Made by a program: the position numbers and the translations under genes. A stretch of DNA of 64,000 nucleotides from Marsupella aquatica. Its lineage: Eukaryota > Plantae > Marchantiophyta. The stretch spans positions 15,344,330 through 15,408,329 of the forward strand of contig OZ316898.1 of the NCBI GenBank assembly GCA_973895155.1, read 5' to 3'. This document shows, piece by piece, positions 31,901 to 45,106 of this stretch (the stretch's first letter is position 1; every line of letters begins with the position of its first letter). The notes beneath the pieces were generated by a model that made no database searches, was not told the DNA's origin, and saw only the letters and a program-made list of their open reading frames with translations.

Positions 31901-34900
31901 GGTCAAGCTTGGTGTGGTGTGGAAGGAGAATAGTATATAAGGAGAAAGTTTTTCTTTGTTAGGGACCGGGAGTCTCATCTCTTAAGTGGAATCTCTACCT
32001 TGCCAAGGTAGGGCTAAGCTTGAGAAGGGAGAGGTGGTCCATGCTTAGTGTGAAGAATGTGTAGTGAACTTTTGTTGTAAAGGTGATGCAATAAAAGGAG
32101 ACTTGCCAATCTTCATTGTGACCATTAAGTGTGAGTGCATTTGAAGTATATGAGAGCAAGAGAAGAGTCCATGCTATGATGTAATCTTGGTCTAAGCTCA
32201 AAGGGGATGTGCTAGTACAAAACCAAGGTGAAGGAGGCAAGGTTAAGGTAGAGCACTACTTTGAGACTTAGAAAGGATTATAGCTTGAGGGTGGAAAGTA
32301 TTTTGCTTGGTGTGTGGTGTTACCAAGAAGTAAGAACAAGAGGAAGAGTCCTTAGATAGAGGAGCCTTCTCTAGAGCTCAAAGGGGATGTGTGGACCCAA
32401 ACCAAGGCCAGGGGGCAAGGTTGAGGGGTAACACTACTTTGGGGGTCTTGAGGAGACTTAAGCTTGAAGAGGAAAGTACTTTGGTTCTTGGGTGTTTGTG
32501 TGAGAATCTCCTCTAAGGTGACAGCTTGGAGCGGAGATCCCCCTTGCTGATCCTTGGAGTAGAGGAGAGGGGAAGGGTGTGAGTACAAAAGTAGTCAAGG
32601 GGACTACCTCTCTAGAAGTGGAGAGTTGAAACTACTTATGTATGGAGTGATTAGACATTGTAGGCACATTTCAGAAGTTTTGTCAATCCTTTGTGACCCT
32701 GGTATGATATGGAGCAGGTATTAGGTAGTCTTTTGGGGAGAAAAGCCGCTTAAGCTCCTTGACAAGTGTTTGACACTTCCTCTAGCATGGAAAGTACAAC
32801 CTTTACATGTACAAGTGTATAATCCATCTCAACCTCATGGCATCGCGGCCTACCTACAAATGGTCCTATGCTAAGCTACCTGGCCTATCCATATGTTGGT
32901 GCATGTCGTCCCTTCCTCTTCTTGGCACGAGGGCGATAACTCTCTGGTTGGGTAGTGGCATCTGGCACTAACCCTAGGTCCCTATCAATGACAGCATGAG
33001 ATCCAGTTGCAGCTATGGTGCTTGGAGCTATCGCGGTACCAACGTCACCAACATCACCTTCTAAGTCATGAGAAGGCACTGCAACACCCCCAACATCGGA
33101 GCAAGTATGAAATGATGCACTTCCACTACCCCCTTGGGCTGCAGAGTGGTGAGACCCTGCACCTCCACTAGCCCCTGACTGATGAGATGGAGTCCCATCA
33201 CCAATGCCACCAACTGCAGTCCCACTCACCCTGTTGGCCCCTGAATGACCACGAGCAGTGCTCCCACCCCCACTTGCCCCTCCACCACTAGCCCCTGAAC
33301 GGCGAGAACCATTCCCGCCAACAACCCCTGAATGGCGGCGAGAACCACCATGGGGCCCACTACCAACCCCCCCACCAGACCCGGGCTTGTGAGAACCACT
33401 ATGGGCCCCAGTACTACCCCGCCCACCAGCACCTGCAGATTGATCAAAACCTCCCCTGCGCCCACTACCACATGTCCCAACACCACCTCCAGCAGCTGTA
33501 GCACCCCCACTACCTCCTGCTACTCTACGGCCACCTACATCACCACCAGTCCTCCGTCTGGAATGACTACCTTGAGTCCCTTGGGATGCGCCGCCAATCA
33601 AGCGAACAAGGGTGGGTGCCACACTCCCCTCCTCAACCTCAGCCTCAGACTCTGAGGCCCCCGAACCCTCCTCGGCTGAGTCCAAACCCTCCGACTCCTC
33701 ATTTGACTCCTACATACATGTAAGCAACCATCAACCCAAGTGTTAGTGTTGCAAATGACCTACAAGGGAGGGGGTACACAACATCATCAGTTATTTCAAA
33801 AATTTTAGAATCTCAGTTGAGGAGTTGAGATGGGGCCTTCAAACTTTAGCTCATCTCAGCTGGGCAGCTGAGGTTGATTCAATCTCGGCTGACCTCACCG
33901 CGATGGGCGTACAGATCAAAAAATAATAATAATAAATAAAAAACCGGAAAAAAAAATTAAAAAAAAAATAATTTTGTCCCATCTCGGCTGGGCTCACCGA
34001 GATAGGTGTCCGTACGGTACAGACACCTCACGGCGAAAAAAAATTTGAAGAAAAATTCAAGAATTTTTTTTTCTTCATTTTTTTTCTTTTTTGCATCGCA
34101 ACTTGGCGGCCTCTCTGAGATGAGGTGGCAGCTGATATCAGGTACATTGATGAAAGTGACTGATAACTGATGAGATTACTTATCTCTACAAGGGAGTGAT
34201 TATAACCATGTTGCATTCAAAGGTTAGAAATATGGTTTTCAATTGTGCATATACTTATCGACCCCAACTCGTCCTGCATGTGAAGCTTCAGAGCCCGCGT
34301 TCCAAATTTCTTAGCCAACTCTCTCTCAGGCGGCAAGATTGGGCTTCCGTGCTCTCGCTCCTGCACCATACTCAAGATAATAATTAAACCCCCTCCCCGG
34401 AAAATGAGAAACCCCCCATTATTTGAAATACATTATTTTAAAAGTTAATCCCTACCAAATCCCCCACATTACTTAATAAATAATAATCCCTACCTAGCCC
34501 CACACATTACTTAGAAAAATTCCCTAACACCCCCACATCCCTTTCAACTCATGGGTATCACTACCCACTCTACCTATAAAAATACTCCCTTATTATCGTG
34601 GCCTAACTATCGCAAAAAGCAACAACAACCTAAGCCCGACACTCCTTAAAAAAAGCAAACCCCCCCGGCGTGGCCTAAAACAGTCAAATATTCAAAAATT
34701 TGAATTTTTCCGATGCTTCCCTAATCGGACCCCTCCACCCTAAACCCCAAAACCTAAGGTCCGATTCAGGGTCCGATTCTCAGGTAATCGGACCATAATC
34801 GGAAGCCTTGCGTCCAAAACCCATAAGAGAGAGTCCCACTCCATTTCCGACTCTTCAGCAATCGGAATAGAATCGGAAACAGAAAAAAAATAAGGGCACA

Positions 34901-37159
34901 TCAAAACTTGCGATACAGACTTGATAACAAACGCACGAGGATAAGAGGGGAGGTCTGGGAGGACTTATGCAGGCATAGCCAAGGTTGTGCCTGAGGTGAT
35001 CAGGGAGGGAGGACCCAATTTCGAGGTGCAAAGTCAGCAAGGAGGCGAGCAAGGAGGAGGGGAGCAGAGGACTCACAAAGTGGAGGGTCTCCAAGCAGTG
35101 CTAATTTGGCCTCCCATTCAATTAAGTTTTGCTGCAGGAGGGGGATGCCAACAGTCTGTCCTGAAAGGACCCTCTTCTCTGCCTCATCAAGCTCAGCCTG
35201 CCAGTGACGTCTCGCTTGCCAAGCACGAACCTGTAGCTCAGCATCAATCCAAGCAGACCAGGCATCAGCTGGTATCTCATCCGGGGGATCTCTCTGCCTG
35301 ATCACCTCTGCCTCCTCCTTACAATCTGCCAGGTACTTCCTCATCTTTTCTCTCACATTATTATGTCTATCTGCAAGTGAACGTGAGATCTTCTTATTCA
35401 GCCATCGATCATCCAGGAAGCAGCCATTACAGAATCGCTCCTTCACTTGCTCCCTTGCTTGAAATTTAGCCTCTTCTTTCTTCTTCCCCCAGTAGTCTAA
35501 GGGGCTGAAATTTGCCCTCAACACCTGCCCTAGTTGACTTCTGAACAAATTGTAGCTCTTTGTCATCGGAGCTCCTCCCTTATTAATGAACAATTTTGGC
35601 CGTTTGGCCCTTTCCTCTGCTCGTAGCCTCTCTTCCTCAATCCTTGCCCTCTCTGCAGCTCGAGCCTCCTTTCTAAGCCTCTTCTCTCTTTCTTGTGGTG
35701 AGAGGGCCTCCACTGGCCTGCCTTTCCTCTCCTCCTTCCTCTTTCTTTTTTTCTCCTTTCCTTTCTCTAGCCTCTCCATGAAAGCCTTCTCTGCTTCACT
35801 TATGGCAGATTGCCTGGATTTGTCAATCAGGCCCTGGGTCAATTGAGCTGCTATGGCCGCAGCTTCAGCAGACAGGCCTGCTTGCCTCTTGAAAATCTCT
35901 GCCATAATGTCCGAGATCTACTGCGACGGCCCTGCTCCATCTCCACCCACCCTGGCTGCTTCGTCTCCTCCCCCCATCCGTGCCATTCCCCTCCATAGCC
36001 TCGACCTCCAATGCGTGCTCCTCCGCTTTGTGTTCACTCGGCAGCTCCTCCCAAGTTGCATCCGAAACCAAGCCCGATACAAAGACATTCGTACTTTAGT
36101 CGGGAAAAGTACCAAACCCTATTGTGCCCTCCATCCGACTTTTTAAGAATCGGAACATCCAATACTTCAACTATCAAAAACGGGATCGGAAATAGCGATG
36201 CTTAAAGTATCGGACCCCTCTTCCAATATGATCGGACTTAGCTTGTCCATTATTTTTTATGCCTTTAAGGATGGATTTATAATAAGCTAGTCAATGGGGG
36301 GGGGGGGGCTGGGGATGTGGTAAGGAAATGTAAGTTTAGTTGATGTGAAAACTTGCATTATAATTGTAGGCCTGGTTGAGTAGGCGGATTTTGTTTGGGC
36401 GGTGGGGTTCTTGAATAAAAGCCGGTTATAGGTGCGGTAACGTCCCCCTTACGACAACATACTTTTGGGGTTGAATGGTATGATCATTGATCCACTCACA
36501 TTAAAAGTTTTGACAAATTTGTCCACCTTGTATTTGGATTTAATTTTGGGGGCCAAACAAAGTTAACCTCATGTGCGTGTATTGTGCAGTATTTTTTTGC
36601 GGAGGGTTGGGTCGTTCTCTTTGTTTGTATTTTTGTAGGTCCATTTTTGCAATGCATTATGCATCGCGATAGGCCGTGCATCCGAAAGGTATGATGTACT
36701 CCCTTTATCATTTGGAGGTGAGCACTTTAAGTATATATTTGGCTAAACTTTTTTCATTGATGGCCACAATATATAGTGGATATGATTCTATGGGGACATA
36801 TGTATAGATAAATTCTGATGGTATTCCTTTAATTGTGCAGACATTTCGGATATTGTCTTAGCATATATTCTAAGGCCAAGATCCTAGTAGGCATTGTTCA
36901 GCGCGGATATCATTTAGGTAAGATGCACAGTCATTATTTTTAATTATTCGCTTAGTGTAAACTAGGTTCCAATCTTGACATATTGTATTTAGGGTACTTA
37001 ATATGGGTGGGAAAGATTTTTGACATGTGATTAATTTTCACATTGATGGGCAGATGTCAAATTCTGGGAGTTCCGAGTCAGATTCTGACTCGGACTCGTC
37101 ATCTTCTGAGGGGGACATTCCTCCCCCCCCCTCCGAGGCCGCATCATCCTCCTCCTCCT
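28959..37159. mobile_element. One arm of a CACTA/En-Spm DNA transposon (interrupted by A2; other end not seen in the window)
   Basis: Terminus CACTAGTACA at 28959, then ~500 bp dense in TCCGAT/ATCGGA subterminal motifs. The same motifs recur at 34700-34880 and 36050-36240; TnpA-like gene inside. Confidence 0.6.
32885..35905 (-). CDS. CACTA TnpA (Ptta/En-Spm-like) accessory gene, probably multi-exon and possibly decayed
   Basis: ORF 35905-35000 has FRSQLGQVLRANF...YWGK...WLNKKISRSLADRHNNVREK...PPDEIPADAWSAWID, resembling TnpA-type proteins. The Gly/Ser-rich ORF 33685-32885 ending RPRAKKRKGR is a likely last exon. Confidence 0.5.
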
Positions 37160-40100
37160 TGTGGTGCGTCCCATGGCTCCCTAAACCCAAGAAACCCCCC
37201 AGCTCAAGCCGATTCCCGCAGGTTTCGCGCTTGGCGAGGCCGTTTCCGCGGCTTAGCGGCATGGGACGCTGCTAACCTTCTACTACTACTATTAACATTT
37301 TACACACATATACTGGTCAGATCCTTCATCGGGTCATGAGATACGTAGCCGGCCTAATATAGGCCTTCCCCTGTCTTCCCCTGTCTTCCCCTCCGTCTTG
37401 TTAGGTATGTTTGGATTCCGCCGCCGGAATGATCCCCAATAGGCTTGGTTAAGCTGCTAAGACCTCTCTCAGCTCGACACATCCAACTCTCACTCCCCTG
37501 CTTACTTTCCTTCCTTCTAGTTGATGTGGGCACTCTTCACACAAGTTAATGCGACACACAAATAGCAAAATGACTCCTTCTGACTGAGTCATACCATGCA
37601 CTTGCCATACAAACAGTACATCTCATACACAAGCTCTGCGAACTAAGCCGTGAGGCCAACTCTATTCAGCTCTTAGGCATGAGGAAACATGAATATACAC
37701 AAGGGTCACTGTATGACTAACCGAGAGCTTCTCTTACTACTTGATCCCAGCCCGGCTGGTGCAAACTAAAAACTTGCTAAAGAAGAGGCCCTGAGCTCCC
37801 CGCTGCCCAGGTACTTATCCTGGTAGTGGATCCACCTAATTCCTTGCAGCGTAAGCCTAAACTACCTAACAGTAATCTACTTGCCCGGATCTACCTATGT
37901 ACAGCAAGGCAGGAGCACAAGTGTTGCTCCTACCAGTGGAACCGCAATCCCACTAAGCTAAGTGTCAGGGCCGCCTCCTGGTCCTGATCCTAATCCTAAA
38001 CTTGGAGATCAGCGCCCGCCCTGCCCACTCACGCCTCCTCCCTCCACGTCCGCCCTTCCTAAAAGGAACGGCGCCCTTGCACCGTCACGACACCGGTGGT
38101 GGATCCTCAATGGACGCCCCCAACGCTTCCTCCTCAGCCACTACCGTAGGTTCGTTTTCTGACAGATTACCTGCCCTTGACTGAGTCAACTCTCCATCGG
38201 CCTGACTGGGTCCACCATCGGCGTCGGCATCAGCTCGGGAATCATTATCGGCTACGGCCTCAGCCTCGGCTACGGTCTCCCCGGCCTGCTCAAGAGGCGG
38301 ATCTGGGATACCGGCCTCATTACTGAGTAGTTCTGCTTGGGCCGCACCATCCCCACCTTTCATGATAGCGGGATCTATTGTCGTGTTCATGCCGGAGGTT
38401 GGTGCTGGGTCTACCTCCTTGGTCACCACGGCCTGTGGAGTCGGATTACTCCTTGACCCTGAAGGTTTCCGCTTCTTCTTCTTTTCTGGTTTGGCAGCTG
38501 GTCCCTTCCCCTTCCCACTTACTTCCGGCACTGGTGCAGGTGGCGCGGCTTTTTCTTCGGCCAGTACCACTCCTGGTAACTTGGTTGCCCCAATTGGAGT
38601 TGGGCCTGATGAAGACAAGCACCTAAATACTGTGGCTTGTTTCTTCAGCCGCTCTGTTTGGTTGTCGGCCCGCCGCTGGAGGTTCTCCATCTTCCTCGTG
38701 ATTTCCTCCAACTCCTCCTGGGTCTCATCCAGGTCCTTGCGCGCCTCCTCTAGTTCCTTCTGGGCTTCCTCCCGTTCTTTCTTCAAGGTAGCCCTCTCCT
38801 CCCAGGTTTCTCTTAGCTCCTTGTTGAGCTCTGCAATGATGACAGACTCCATCTGGTTCATCTTGGTGTAAGTCTGATCGAGCATCTCATCCTTCTCCCT
38901 TAGGTCGGCCTTGAAGCTGGCCGTCAGGGACGCAAGCTCCTGCTGCAGCGCCATAATCCCTTGATAGGATTTTCCTAACTCAGCCTCCTTCTGCTCAAGG
39001 GGTCCGCGGATTTTCTCGAGCTCCCCCTTCAACGCCCATTCCTTTCTTTGGGTCTCCGCCATGGCCCGGCTGTTGGCTGTTATGTGGGCCTCCTCTGCAT
39101 TCCTCAGCTCTCGCTTCCACTTCTCCCTCTCTTTGATCATATCGGCCAACTCTCCCTGCGTCTGAGTCAGTTTATCCTTGATATTCTGATTATCAGCCTG
39201 CGCGGTGTCCAACTGCCCCTGCATAATGTTCAGCTCATGCCGTTTAATCCGCAGTTCATCTTGGGCTTTCTTGGCCGCCCTTAGATCTTCAATCTCGGCT
39301 TCCATCCTCCTAAGCCACTGAATGACCTCGTCCTTCTTGCTTCTCTCTAAAGCCACCGCTTCTTCTAATTGGTGCTTCTCCAACTGCTCCCTATGGAAAA
39401 AGGGTCCTACCTCCAACTCCTCTCCAAAGATGCCGAGCGCAAGTTCCCCACACATCTCACCATACTCCACGGCTCTATTCTTAGCGTAGGTGGAGTAAGT
39501 AGAAGTGATCGGCATCGCCCATCGCGGCCTCTGCTCCCAAGCCATCTTGCGGATCTCTTCAATCGTGGCTAGAGGTTTGCTTCCTTTTTCGGCTAGCCGC
39601 CTGATGTCCTCCGGCCAATCTCCTCCTGGAAAATCCTTTTCCCTGGCCAGGGCTGCCTTCTCTTCCTGCCTGATTCGCTCCTGAAATTCTTGCGCCGTCT
39701 ATTTTATGCCGTCGAAGCTCGGGGGAGCAACATCTGGTGGGGGAGACTCAGGGCTACTCTGCTGGTTGGGGTCCCCTCGTACTACCCTTGGAAGTGTGGG
39801 GACAAACCGGCCACAAGTCCTTACTCCTGGAACGTGATGGTCCGACCCATAGCCGGAGTTATCATGGCTGAAGTCCTCCACTGCCTCCTCTACTTCTTGG
39901 ACGTTCGGCTTCTCCCTCTCCTCTTTGTCGGTAGGAGCTTCAGGCAATTCTGCCTCAGATTCAGAGCTTGAGACTCCCACGTACATTCGAACACCTGGCT
40001 TGGATTCCGGCCTGATTCTCTCCTTGTCTCCAGCAAAGGGGTTTTCTCTTGTGAGCCGGTGTAGGCCTACCTCTGGAGTAGTGTCCTGCATTGTTGCCGT

Positions 40101-41852
40101 TGCCGTTGTCGTTGTCGATGCCGATCTCTTTTCTTTCTCCAGTAGTTTCAGCAGACTCTGCATGCCTGGTTGCTGCATCGGCAAGTCCTCCTTCCTTGGC
40201 CTAAACACCTGCTCGATCGTAGGGCTAACAGGTGGTTGAGGCTTCTCTGCTACCGGCCTTGGTGCTGGAGCTTCCTCGGGTGCCCTTACCTGCAGGGGAA
40301 GTACTGGGGCAAAAGTCTGACCTCTGGCATACCGGCACAACAGCGACATGTGATAGCCAAGCCGCGACACGCTCCCCATGCCGATTACCTACTGCTCCTC
40401 CTTTAAGATCTTCTTCAATTGGTTGAGGAGGTACCCGTTGTAGTCCCGGCTTGGGTCTGGCCTCTCTGCCAGATAGACTTGTGCCTTGCCGATCTCTGCC
40501 CTCGGCAAGTTACAATGCATGGTCAGCCTCAAGAAGTCGATCATCTCTCCTATGTGCGGGTTGGTGCAGGTGTTCCGGAAGAAGCCATTCTTCGTTGATG
40601 GCCCGGGGAACGACCGAAACTCCTTGTCAGGCAAGGTCTTCCTGGTATCAACTTTGGTCTTATTGCCTATCGGCAAGCCAAACACTTCGGCAATCACTTT
40701 GGGAGTAAGATAGAAATCCTTCCCATATATCCTCGTGCAATTGGTCTCGGGTTCCCATGACCCCACGAATTCTAATAGGTCTGACTCCGGTACCTCCGGC
40801 TTCAACCATGGTAATCTTACAAAGGCCTCTAAGCCGGATCCGGCCATGAAGCCTTGGTACTTCTTGGTCTGCATGGCCGTAAAGCATGCATCCTCCTCCC
40901 GTGCAAAATGTAGTTGCACCTCCACCGGTAGGGTTGCCGCCCAGCCCTTCCAGGTGTCATCCCTGGTTGGAATGGCCTTGATGGGATCAACCTCCTCCTC
41001 TTCGGCTTCTCCCTGCCTCCTGCTCTGCTGCTCGGCTGGCTTCTTTGGTGCCGCCGACCTCATTCTTTTTGCCGGGTTGGCTTCATCGTTGACGGCTCCC
41101 TTCCTCTTCATCTCTGCTGCCGTGGAGGTTTCTCCTAGCACCGTGCCTGGGTCCACCTTTCCGTGCTACCCTTCAATTCCCAGTGTATGTCGTTGCAGTT
41201 CTTGATGGCCTCTCGGATGCCGATGACGCTGTCTTTGCAAAACAGAAGATCGTCGAGCTGATTGGAAGTAGGAGTCCACAAGAACTCGTCCTTGATGAGT
41301 TCGCCTCCTAAGAAAGCCGTCGTCTGCAGCTCCCACAATCAAGCGAGCTCCTGCCGTTCTCGAGCTGCCCTTTCTGATTCCTCGTCCTCGTAAGTCTTGA
41401 TGTACTCAGTTGCCTGTTCGAACAGGCATCCCTAGAAATGTGCCACTTGATTGACGTTGCTCATACCCTCCTTAGGTCGCTCGTCGGTATCTACTCTCTC
41501 CCCGAGTGCTTGCCTAAGCAGTTGATAGTAGTTGGCCTCCCGTAGTCGTCTGCCTAGTTCGTGCTCGCAAATGAGCCACCATCTCCTGCAAGCGCTCCTT
41601 ACCCCTCCGGCCTTCCGGTCCTTCCTCCCGTTGATCCTTCCTAGCCGCCGACGCTTAACGCGCCCTAACCCTAATCGAGTTTTCACCCCCAGCGCGGGCC
41701 CCAGCGTCCTTACCTCCGGCCTCGGCCCGGGTTCCATGGTCGCCCCTAATTGTTTATATTTTCCTTGTTTTGTCCCTATACTAAGGTGTTTCTAGGGTGC
41801 CTTCCTGCTCTACCCCCTTAACTGGCCGAGTGATTCCTGTCTAGGCATCACA
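37160..41852 (-). repeat. 3' LTR of A2 (4,693 bp)
   Basis: TGTGGTGCGTC at 37160 to GGCATCACA at 41852; collinear with 7056-11748. Confidence 0.93.
38085..41737 (-). pseudogene. LTR-encoded ORF in the A2 3' LTR (several stops and a frameshift)
   Basis: ORF pieces 41737-41432, 41338-41135, 41156-40389, 40379-39699, 39545-38085, collinear with the A1 LTR ORF. Confidence 0.92.
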
Positions 41853-44800
41853 TAGCTCCCCACGTAATTGTGAAGCGTCCTCGCGAACAACTTCATCTTC
41901 GTCCATATAGTATTTCTTGAGGCGGTCATAATGGATGCGAACTGGATATACCTCTCCCGTAATGTTGGCCAATTGTACGGAGCCATTGGAGAACATCATG
42001 GTTACTCTAAAGGGTCCTAACCAGCGAGTGTAAAGCTTCCCTGGAAACCTATTATACCTACTGTCATAAAGTAACACAAGATCACCGGTGTGAATACTAA
42101 CTACTTTCAACTTTTTATCATACTGCTGCTTCATGATATTCTGTCTATATTCTACTCTCTCGGCTGAAATCATTCTTGCCTCCTCTAAAGCTTCTAACCT
42201 ATATTCTCGCTCCTTTAGGCTCTCCTCCGTTGAGGCTCTTTCCTCAATTGTAACTTGAAATGTCGGTATCTCAAGTTGCATGGGTACCAGGGCTTCTTGT
42301 CCAAAGGTTAAGAAGAAGGGTGTATGACCGGTAGTGGATTTATAGGCTAGATTGTAAGCAAAAACAGCAGCAAACAATTTATCATCCCAATCGAGTTTGT
42401 TCTGAGCTACTGTCTTGTTCAATATCTTTCCTATAATTCCGTTTGCTCGTTCTGTCAACCCATTTGCCTTTGGATGGTAGGGAGTAGTAGGCCTATGTCT
42501 AACTAAATACTGCTCATTTAAACGACTAATTATATCATTCAGAAAATGGGTTCCTCTATCACTAACTAATTCTAGGGGTGCTCCATACCTGGTGAAGATC
42601 TGCTCATACATGAATCTAGCCGTAGTAATTGCATCATCCTTCGTGGTCGGTCTGGCCTCTACCCATTTAGTTGCATAATCCGTAGCCAGGATTATATACT
42701 TGTTTCGTCGGGGGTAGGTCAGTGGTTTCAGAGGTCCGATGTAATCAATACCCCACTTCTCGAATGGTGCCAGAGGTAGAATAGGGTGCAGTGGATGTCT
42801 GGTGGACGCCCTTGGTCCTCCCGCTCGCTGACAAGGATCGCATTGTGGATAAACTGATAGACATCCTTGTGCAAGGTGGGCCACCAGTAACCGACATTTA
42901 ATATCTTCTTAGACGTGGTTACTGGGGCAAAATGCCCTCCGGCCTCCTCTCCATGCATGGCCCGTAGGACTCGTTTTACCTCCCCCTTTTCCAAACACCT
43001 TTGAATCGTGCCGTTGATTCCATGCTTGTGCAGTATGCCTTTAATGCACTGATACTGTCTGACCTTCCGCACAAAGACAGCGGCTTGTTCTCGGCTTAAT
43101 CCTGGCTGTAATCTGGAAGTGCTGAGAAAATGTAAAATCTCAGGGTACCATGTATCAGCTATTTCCACAACGAATAGCTCCTCGTCGGGGAATCGATCGT
43201 CGATGCAATCCATGGCAGGTTCACCTGTGATCCTTGAAAAGAAGTCGGCATTGGCGTGTAACTTTCCCGGCTTGATCCTCAGCTCATAGTCAAACTCCTG
43301 TAATAGCAAAATCCATCTTGCTACTCTGCCTGTAAGGTCCGGCTTATTGACTAGGTACTTCAAACTTTCATGATCGGTATGAAAGATTACCTTGTACCCT
43401 AGTAAATAATGCCTAAACTTTTTACAAGAATAAATGACTCCTAATGCTTCTCTCTCTGTGCTGGAGTAGTTCCGTTCGGCATCGGCAAGCTGACGGCTTG
43501 CGAAGTATATGGGATGGTCCCTTCCTTTCTCATCCAACTGACTTAGTACTGAGCCGATACAGAAGCCCGAGACATCGACAAAAACATGAAAATCTTTGTT
43601 CCAGTCCGGTGCTATCATGACTGGGGCCTCTACCAACATCTGCTTCAATTCTACCACCGCTGTGACTCGTTCGGGTGTGGGTTCGAAGTCTGCTCCTGCC
43701 TTGAGCATGTTGGTTAATGGTAAAGCTAGCTTGGCAAAATCCTTGATGAACCGGCGATAGTAACCAATGCATCCCAAGAAGGATCTTACATCCTTTATGT
43801 TCTTAGGTTGCATGATATCTAGCCATACTGCTAGCTTACCTTTGTCAATCTCAATGCCCTTCCTTGATACCTTGTGACCTAGTAGCACCCCCTCGGTTAC
43901 TGCAAAGAAACATTTATCTGGGTGTAACTTGAGACCCACCTCTCTGCATCTCATGAAGGTTTTCCTGAGGTATTTAGCATGTTTCGATGCCTTCCCGAAT
44001 ACTGCAAAGTCATCAATGAAGATTTCCATGAACTTTCTCAAGTAATCATGAAAAATGTTTACCATCAATCGTTGGAACATAGCTGGTGCGTTGCAGAGTC
44101 CAAACGGCATACGATTGAAGACATAGATCCCCCATTCCGTGATGAAGGCCGTCTTGATTTGGTCTTCCTGCCGAATCCTGATTTGGTTATAACCAGAGTA
44201 CCCATCCATGAATGAATATAGTTCATGACTGGCTACCATGTCTAGTACCATATCAGTAAACGGTAAAGGAAAATGGTCTTTTAATGTTGCTTCATTCAGC
44301 TTCCTGTAATCCTGACAAACCCGGATCTTGGGTTTACCATCGGGTCCAGCTTTCTTGGGAACTATCACAATTGGAGACACCCAGTCTGAATGCAGGACTG
44401 GAGTGATGAATCCAGCTTCCACTAGTTTGTCGATTTCCATTTTGACCAGCAGGGAATACTTCGGGTTCATCCTTCGAATTGGTTGTCGAAATGATTTGGC
44501 TCCTAACATGAGATCAATTCGATGTTCCCCTAGTGTTGGATCTACTCCCTTTAGATCTTGGTGACTCCATGCAAACACATCCTGAAATTCAATCAATAAG
44601 TCTCTGATCTCTTTCTCGAGCTCAGGTGCTAGGTTTCTCCCTAAGTTCAGTTCTCTTCCCTCTCCTAAGTCGAGCTTCCGATATTGCCGTGCTTGGATCA
44701 TATTAATCTGCTTCTTCAAATTCGGGTCCAGTTCGGCTTCCAGTCTCTCCAGTCTCATACCTCCATAAACTGGAATCCCGGCTGTACTAGCCGAATCAGT

Positions 44801-45106
44801 TTCTCCCTTGGTGCCCACAGACTGTCCCCTTGCCGGCCTATTCGGTTTTGAATTGGTAGTAGGTTTTCCTTCTTGCCTCGGCTCTGGATTCTGTCTGTGC
44901 ATCTCATCCACCTCTTCCTCCTGAGGGTCAGGCCGTTGTGCTCTCCCGGCTTCTAATAGGGCCTCAATTTGTTCTGCCCTTGTAATCGGCTTGTATGCCG
45001 ATCCCTTGGTATTTAATTCCTTGCCGATGATCGATGGCGTTGTGGACCCTGTCGGCTCTGCCACAACGCCTGCAGAAAATCCACTGTCCCTGCTACTGCT
45101 CCCCAC
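41841..45106 (-). pseudogene. pol: A2 pol (RT-RH-INT) with a frameshift near 42850
   Basis: ORFs 45106-42728 and 42884-41841, nearly identical to A1 pol. Confidence 0.93.

Noticed and set aside
32885-33685. Stand-alone glycine-rich host gene
   Set aside because: No ATG start, low complexity, and it lies in the CACTA arm downstream of the TnpA-like ORF on the same strand.
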